From NCBI RefSeq assembly GCF_018977255.1, contig NW_024704742.1:13394001-13458000 (forward strand): a stretch of 64,000 nucleotides of DNA, written 5' to 3'. This stretch comes from Callorhinchus milii. Lineage: Eukaryota. The notes under the pieces are model-generated. The model saw nothing but the letters and a program-made list of their open reading frames with translations, had not been told where the DNA came from and did not search any database. This document shows, piece by piece, positions 57,382 to 64,000 of this stretch (positions are counted from its first letter, which is position 1; every line of letters starts with the position of its first letter). The position numbers were made by a program, and so were the translations under genes.

Positions 57382-59018
57382 AAATACACAAATACAGTCA
57401 CTGCACTTTATAGTATATCCTATAAAGCGCTTCTGCCATGAATGTCGCTATTACAAATGCAAGGATTACTATTATTAGCTGTCATTATGTCAACACAGCC
57501 ATTGTCATTCCCTAAGTTTTTTGCTGCAGAAGTAGAAACACTCCATCATTGAGCCCATAAAATAGACGCTTGAAATAAACATTTGCAGACAATGGAGGGA
57601 AACTGCCAGTATTCAAACTTCTGATCACCCCAGAAAGTTCTGCTGGTACTGCAAATGTATGCAAACAGCAAACAGGCTACCTTGGAAGGATTAGAAATAG
57701 CAATTTATTTGAGGAATTGTGAAAATGAAGCACGTATCTAATTAATAGTACAGAATGTGACAAAAAGCATCTGGCTATAAATGCCTAATTCAGATCAGCT
57801 TCTAGGGGAAATCAGCGTTTTTGATATCTACAGATGCAAAGAATAAAATAGGAAACAATGTAAAAAAAAACTAATCGAAATCAAGTGATTAAGTGCTCTG
57901 AGATGTCGCCCGGCATGGAGGGCGCAAGTTGTTGTTGTTCTGTCTTTCATATGTTTATATAAAGAAAATCTAAGGAAATATACGCGGCCCACCCAATATA
58001 TGATCCATAAAGGATTCTGCTAAGAATGAGATTGGAAATGTGTTTTTTTCTGAAAAAGTAGGGACAAGAATGAAAAGGAAGAATAGCAAAACCAATAGAG
58101 AGAAGCAGTTAGCCTGAAAATGTGTCCCACTGGAATGATTTGGATTAGACAATACAATATTGATAGGAATCCTATTCCTCCAAGCTATATCATGCAAGAA
58201 TAATAGAGTTGGCTGTTGGAGATGTTGTGAATGAGGGAATTGGCTTAAAGTTATCCTTTGAGACTGTCAGTCCTGAATCGCTGCACTGAAAGAGCTTTCA
58301 TATTCATCGGAAAGATTTATTTTTAAAAAAAATCAGGAAATATTCAGTCAATTCAATATGGGAGATACTAAATTTTTCACATAATGAAATATACTACCAA
58401 CTGTTGCACTTATAAATGAGAGTGAATGAGGACTTAATAAACAGTATTAATTTTAAAAAAATAATTTGGTCACTCAATCCACGATTAGTTGTGGGACACT
58501 GCTGTGTGCAATTGGCTGCCGTTTTTCGCCCACAAAACCCACAGTCACTTCACTTTACAGTATGTTCTGTGAAGCGCTTTGAGATGTCTCGAAGATGTGA
58601 TAAAGCGCTATATCAAACGCACGGATTATTATTGTATTATTACTTTTGCATGAAACGTTTCGCAACATCAGGATCACAACTGGGTTCAAATCCACAGGTT
58701 ACTGGCTCAAACCCCACTGCTGACCTCAAATAGTATCTACCTTTTAATTTGAAAAAGTAACTATAACTGTGAAGCATTTTATGACATTTCAATGATTTTT
58801 TCTGTAAAGTGAAATGACTATATTTGTAGGCCAACCCAGCAGCAAATCTCACAAACAGCCATGAAATAAACAAACAATTTTTATTGGGAGGATTGTTAAT
58901 CATCTTGTCTTATCCAAAGAAATGGCACCTCTGAAAATACAGCATTTCCCCAACATGGCATTGGCGTCTCAGCCCAGACTGTGAGCTCAAAGTCCCGAAC
59001 TACTTTGTCCATCGTTAC

Positions 59019-59114
59019 CGACTCTGCAGTTTTTGCTTGTGAAAATTCTCGTACCCTCTGGATAAATGCTTCCAATTCAGTATGAAACGCTTCCATGTAT
59101 CCCTCATCAGCAAT
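59019..59114 (-). CDS. CDC37L1: CDC37L1-like exon (3' boundary uncertain)
   Basis: caag| acceptor, encodes IADEGYMEAFHTELEAFIQRVREFSQAKTAES. Best phase-0 donor is TCG|GTAACG; alternative exon ends at 59004 or 58929. Confidence 0.8.
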
Positions 59115-60207
59115 CTTGATGGGAGGAACAAAATTACATGTAAACTATATCTTGAACTTCCCAATTGTTTTATTTTCCCCTTCCATCTACAGTACAGTAC
59201 TTGCATAGTTTTCCCTCCTGTCTGCAGTTAAATTGCAAGAACAAAGGACCACAGGACAGAACAAAAGGACCATTTGGGACATTGAATCACTCCTTCCAAA
59301 AGAACAAGTAGCACAAGGCTTGCCAGAGAATGCCTTCAATGACAAGATAAGTGGTTTTAGCTGCTTAGACCCCTCAAAGGAACACTCTAGGGTCCCCAAG
59401 CCTTGGCTGCACCCAATACTCTTCAGAACTAGGTTAGCAGGAAGCATCCCACCAGGATGTACATTCCATTCCAATAGTCAGAAACTTTCTTGTGTATACA
59501 GAACACAGAACTCAGTTTACTTTAGATAAAACTCTTAAGCATGGTGATGGGTTTCCGTACATGTCAAGACACCTGGCTGACCCCCCAAAACTAATGTGTA
59601 GCTTATGTACCATCGTAAAGAACTGTACTAGCATTCATAATCCTCTACATAACTTCTATGTTTTCTCCAAGCTCACTTAATTAGTTTAAGTGAATTTTCT
59701 CAAATTTTCTCCCCATCTTCTCCAGAAAAGCATTTTACTTTCTGCTCCCTTTCTACAGGGATGGATGCAGATTTCCTCCATTATCTCACTTAAATTGTGA
59801 TTAGACAGATTTCCTTTTGGAAGGAGTGATTCAATGACCCAAATGTTAAATAATAATATTTAAATAATAATATTAAATAATTTATTAAATAATTATTAAA
59901 CTATTAAATAACACATATTAAATAATATTAATTATTTAATTGTGAGCTATTGTGAGCACTGGTCTGGTAAGCTTCCCGCTGCCTGTCCTAACTAAGACCA
60001 CATGAGCATGAGGGTTATGGTTTGCAGGGTTAACAGGAGCCGAGTGGAAGAGTTCCTGCTCCAAGTAATCAGCCTGCCTCCTGGGGCCTGACGATCAGCT
60101 AGGCTGCCTGGGGCGATCACCCAAATCAATAATCAATAATCCCCACCACTTAATACCTTTAGTTTTTACAACAACAAAAAAAGATTTTTTACATTCAAAA
60201 CTCTTAC

Positions 60208-60330
60208 TTTTGCTTTTTCAAAAAACTGCCTGAAGCAGCCCCTCGGATCTTGGTGAAGGTTTCGGCCCATTTCTACAATAAACTGCATCACGACAGCCTG
60301 GTGAGCTACCTGCTCCATCAAAGCCTGTTT
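60208..60330 (-). CDS. CDC37L1: CDC37L1-like exon (123 nt)
   Basis: Encodes KQALMEQVAHQAVVMQFIV...DPRGCFRQFFEKAK. cag| acceptor, |GTAAGA donor. Confidence 0.93.
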
Positions 60331-60724
60331 CTGTGAAAAATAAAAATAGGTGGATTATAGAAACATAAAAACTTAGAAATAGGAGTAGGCTATTCAGCCC
60401 CTTCAGCCTGTTCCGCCATTCTATAAGATCATGGCTGATCTGTACCTCAAGTTCAGTTACGCGCCCTGGTAACTGGTGGAGGTACAGATCAGGGGGTCAA
60501 GGTGAACCAATGTTATTCTGTTACTTTTGAGCATCAGAAACCAATCTTCCCACCCCACCCACCCTTTTGGTTCTATCAGGCCACATACCGCTTGCAGCAT
60601 TCAGCATTACACAAGAGCAGTTAGTTAATTATTATTAACAACCTGATGATTCTCAATATTCCAGTGACCCTCCGACTCCACTCCTCAGCCCTCCCCACTT
60701 TTAAAGCCAGTCTTTAACAACACC

Positions 60725-61130
60725 TCAAAGGGTTTCACAGGATTTTACTGTAAAGTGTATTAATATTGTGTGTGTGTGGGGTGGGGTGTCGGGGTGAGGG
60801 GGAGAGAAACATGACAGCCAATTTGCAAACTGCAATGCCCCGAATGACAGCAAAGAAGTGAATGACCATTTGCTTGTTGGGAGATTGTTTGTCAGGTCAC
60901 CAGGAAAGAAACTCCCTTGTCTTTTCAAGTAGGGCCATGGGAGCTTTAACATCCACTTGAACAGGCAGAACCTTGATTTAAATATCTCATCTGAAGTTTG
61001 GCACATCTGACAATGCTATGCTCCCCTAGAACTACACTGGGATGTCAGCATGTAACATACGAGTTACAAGTCCCAGTGTAGCGTTCAAATGCACAACTGC
61101 ATTTAGAGGGGTGAGTGTTCCTAAGGTGAG
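60725..61130 (-). mobile_element. Deu-domain SINE, decayed
   Basis: Reverse-complement similarity to 72-682 and 7640-8330. Confidence 0.6.
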
Positions 61131-61671
61131 CTCAAACCTGCTGCATTCTACCCTGTGATTCCCAAAGATTTACATAGCTGCAGTTCACTTCAGTAAGGCA
61201 TTTCCCCTACTTTTATTTCTGCGCCACCTATGGTTCTCTAACCAGGTGACCCAGTTTCCAACTTTCATTCAGTGACTCAGTCACAATGTGTGCGAGAGTG
61301 GGGAATATTGAGTTGTTTTTTAATTGAAACGTCTCAGCTTTGTGGCCTGTCTTTTCTAAACAGCCTAGCAGATCAGTCTCACAGACGAGCGAGTCTCACA
61401 GATTACTCTCCTGCGACACCCTGTGGTGCACAATAGCCACATCCAGCCACCGCCTACATTCGGTGCAATTTGCACAGAATAAAATTAATGCTGAAACAGT
61501 GGAGTGTTTCAAAGTCAGGTGACTTTTCCTCATCAACAAGATTTCTGTTTGAACTGCAACTAAACAAGTGAAACATTACTGCCCCCAAAGTATATACAAA
61601 GGACAGAAAGTAATAATAGCACAAACCAAACCTATGATATGAAAGGTATCAGTCTTTCTCTATGGGCTCAC

Positions 61672-61787
61672 CTCTGCTTTTTGTAAATAAAAACACCACT
61701 TTATAAGGTAGTTAGCAGTTTCTTCACAGATGAGGTGAGGGTGATCCGACAGGTGTCTCTGACTGTCCACCCATCGCTTCAGCATTC
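61672..61787 (-). CDS. CDC37L1: CDC37L1-like exon (116 nt)
   Basis: Encodes GMLKRWVDSQRHLSDHPHLICEETANYLIKWCFYLQKAE. tag| acceptor, GAG|GTGAG donor. Confidence 0.93.
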
Positions 61788-63038
61788 CTACAATGGCAGA
61801 CATACATAACTGGGATATGCAGTCTTTGAACATTGGGTCCTATTTATAGAGCAGAACATCAAAACTGTTTTTTTTAAAAAGTGCAACGTTACACGCTAAA
61901 ATATTTCCTGGCACAGGAGCTCCTACACTGACTAGAACTACATCACCATGACACAAGTTTATAATAATAATAATCCTTACATTTAGTATAGTGCCTTTTA
62001 CATCCAGAGGACATACCAAAGCACCTAGCTGTACAGACTGTAAAGTTCATTCAGTTAGTGAATCAAAGCTTAACCTTATGCATTTCAAATATAAAAAGTG
62101 GACATTTTGTATTCCTTGAGGCAAACCTACAAAACAAGAGCAGGGATAAAATGCAATGAAGGTGCAAAATTAAAATGAGCCAAAAATGTAACTTATTTAA
62201 AAAAAATTCCACTAAATCAGCACTGCACCATCAATAGTGCTTTGAGATAGCCTCTTGATGTGAGAGTACTATATAAATGTGAATCGTATAATAACTGAAT
62301 AAAGCACTTTGTTAGTTATATATTGTGGTGCGGGGGGAGGAAGTCATTGGAAGAGCGGAAGCAAGAGGTTCCTGAAAAAACATAGCAATATCACTTTATG
62401 ACATTTTCATCGGCCATCTCACAAGTACCACACCCAGAAGTTCGGAAACTAGCCAAGAGCCAAACCAAGGAAGGATGCAGAGGCTAAATAAGCTAAAGTA
62501 GGAGACAATTCCAATAACCAATTCATGCAACACTTCAATTTTTTTTACTGAAATCGCATTAAATCTTCTAATCAATCATTACTTTTTTTAAAAAAAACTG
62601 CATGGGTTGCCGGAGGTGAAGTGGGGTGTGTGGAATTAGAAACAGTACTTTGAATGCTGCGTCTATACTGTATACTTCATGATGAATTACCAGATGTGTA
62701 TAATATCATATATATATTATATATATATCAGGATTCAGCCAATGCAAAGCATCCTAAACCCCTGCTTCTGATATCAGATGGTTTCAGAAGCTACTACTAC
62801 AGAAGGAACACAACAGCAACAAGTTCAGCTGCTGGAGACCACTCACCTATGTGGCCCTTTGGAAGCTCTTTTGCAGATCACCACCAACTTACAGGGGGCA
62901 GGTTTTAATGTTCTTAAGTAGCAGCAAGAGAAACCAGCATAGAACACGAGCAGAACCATTTTTTTTAAAGCATTGCCCAATCTCATGATTGGGCAATGCT
63001 TTAAAAAAGGTCTCCGGCCATTACAATGAGGAATGGGA

Positions 63039-63258
63039 AAATACTGCAGATGCTGTAGTAAAAACAGAAGTCGCTGGGACCATGGAGCAGGTCAGGCAGC
63101 ATCTATGGCGAGAGGAAAATGAGTCAACGTTTCATGTCGATAATCTTTGGTCAGAACTCAACTCTGAGGAAAGATCATCAACCTGAAACTTTAACTCACT
63201 TTCCTCTCGCCATCCATGCTGCTGGACCTGCTGAGTGTTTCCAGCGACTTCTGCTTTT
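63039..63258. mobile_element. Fold-back Penelope-like element with two inverted degenerate hammerhead cores, 19-bp TSD
   Basis: About 100-bp imperfect inverted arms. CTGAGGA...GAAAC on +, CTGACCA...GAAACGTT on -. Flanked by attacaatgaggaatggga at 63020-63038 and 63259-63277. Confidence 0.75.
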
Positions 63259-63837
63259 ATTACAATGAGGAATGGGATGTACAAATCACTGCCCCACACC
63301 TCTGTGCCACTGGAAGTAGCCATTTTGCTTCCACAGTATAACTGGAATAGGAAGGCTATTAGGCAGAAAGCAGCCATTTTGACGGCAGAAAATTCAGGAC
63401 CTTAATACAATCAACTCCTGATAACTCAACCCTGTCGTAACTTGTACCACTACCACTTAAGGATCACTGATACCTTTGAGCTTGTATAAATACACAAAAT
63501 TTGTTGCCTACAAAAAATACAGTCAATTCACTTTACAGTATATTCTGGTGAAGCGCTTTGAGACATCTAGAAGATGTGATAAGGCACTATATAAATAATT
63601 ATTATTATTATCCCATCAAAACGTTCCTTCTACTCCTGACTGATAGCTATTTGTTAGGTCAGAGTATTAAGGAATACGGGGCAAGGGTGTAATTGGACTT
63701 ATTATTATTATACATATGCCCATCTCGCCACTTTGTATAACTTGTCACCAAGCGCTTTTCCCATGGAGTGACAAGTTCCCAGGAATTGCCTGTATCTACA
63801 CAATTTCAACCTGTCAATTCAAGTGCGATCCACTTAC

Positions 63838-63940
63838 CAAAGTGTTTGATCTGGCGTTCACATTTTTGGACAAATGTTGCGACTTTGCCATCAGCCTCTT
63901 CCTCTGCTTCTTTATGCTTGATGTTTTTGTTAATAACGCT
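63838..63940 (-). CDS. CDC37L1: CDC37L1-like (Hsp90 co-chaperone) internal exon; upstream exons lie right of the window
   Basis: cag| acceptor, encodes SVINKNIKHKEAEEEADGKVATFVQKCERQIKHF(G), donor G|GTAAGT. Matches recalled SFIN...FMQKYEQKIRHFG. Confidence 0.88.
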
Positions 63941-64000
63941 CTGATTACGACAAAAGATGAGAGAACAGAATTAAAACCACCAACAACAACTTACATTTAT

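Noticed and set aside
60085..60125. CTGACGA followed by a small stem, as a possible hammerhead
   Set aside because: No GAAA after stem II.

Overview
This is eukaryotic DNA from a vertebrate, very probably a cartilaginous fish; the SINE/LINE content and compact introns suggest a chimaera or elephant-shark-like genome (inference). It contains the conserved RCL1 - AK3 - CDC37L1 block. RCL1 coding exons 1-4 lie on the minus strand and the gene runs off the left edge. AK3 is complete on the plus strand (5 exons, 219 aa). The last six coding exons of a CDC37L1-like gene lie on the minus strand, with its 5' end off the right edge. Introns are full of decayed CR1 and L2 LINEs, a tRNA-Ala-derived SINE and Deu-domain SINEs. 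The very long ORFs in the track come from satellite DNA. The first exons of RCL1 and AK3 both sit inside large tandem arrays that are G-rich on the sense strand. The most notable observations are: (1) an orphan TSNAXIP1-like exon with its splice donor, fused to a 5'-truncated SINE in AK3 intron 1; (2) two Penelope-type elements with degenerate minimal hammerhead cores and 13-19 bp target-site duplications, one of them a fold-back; (3) a CDC37L1 that keeps a CDC37-type 72-nt exon not present in human CDC37L1 as recalled; (4) an atypical shifted-register 5' splice site in AK3; (5) a perfect 28-bp hairpin; (6) 187-bp direct repeats bracketing RCL1 exon 2. Protein identifications rest on recalled reference sequences, not database searches. 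Repeat boundaries are approximate.
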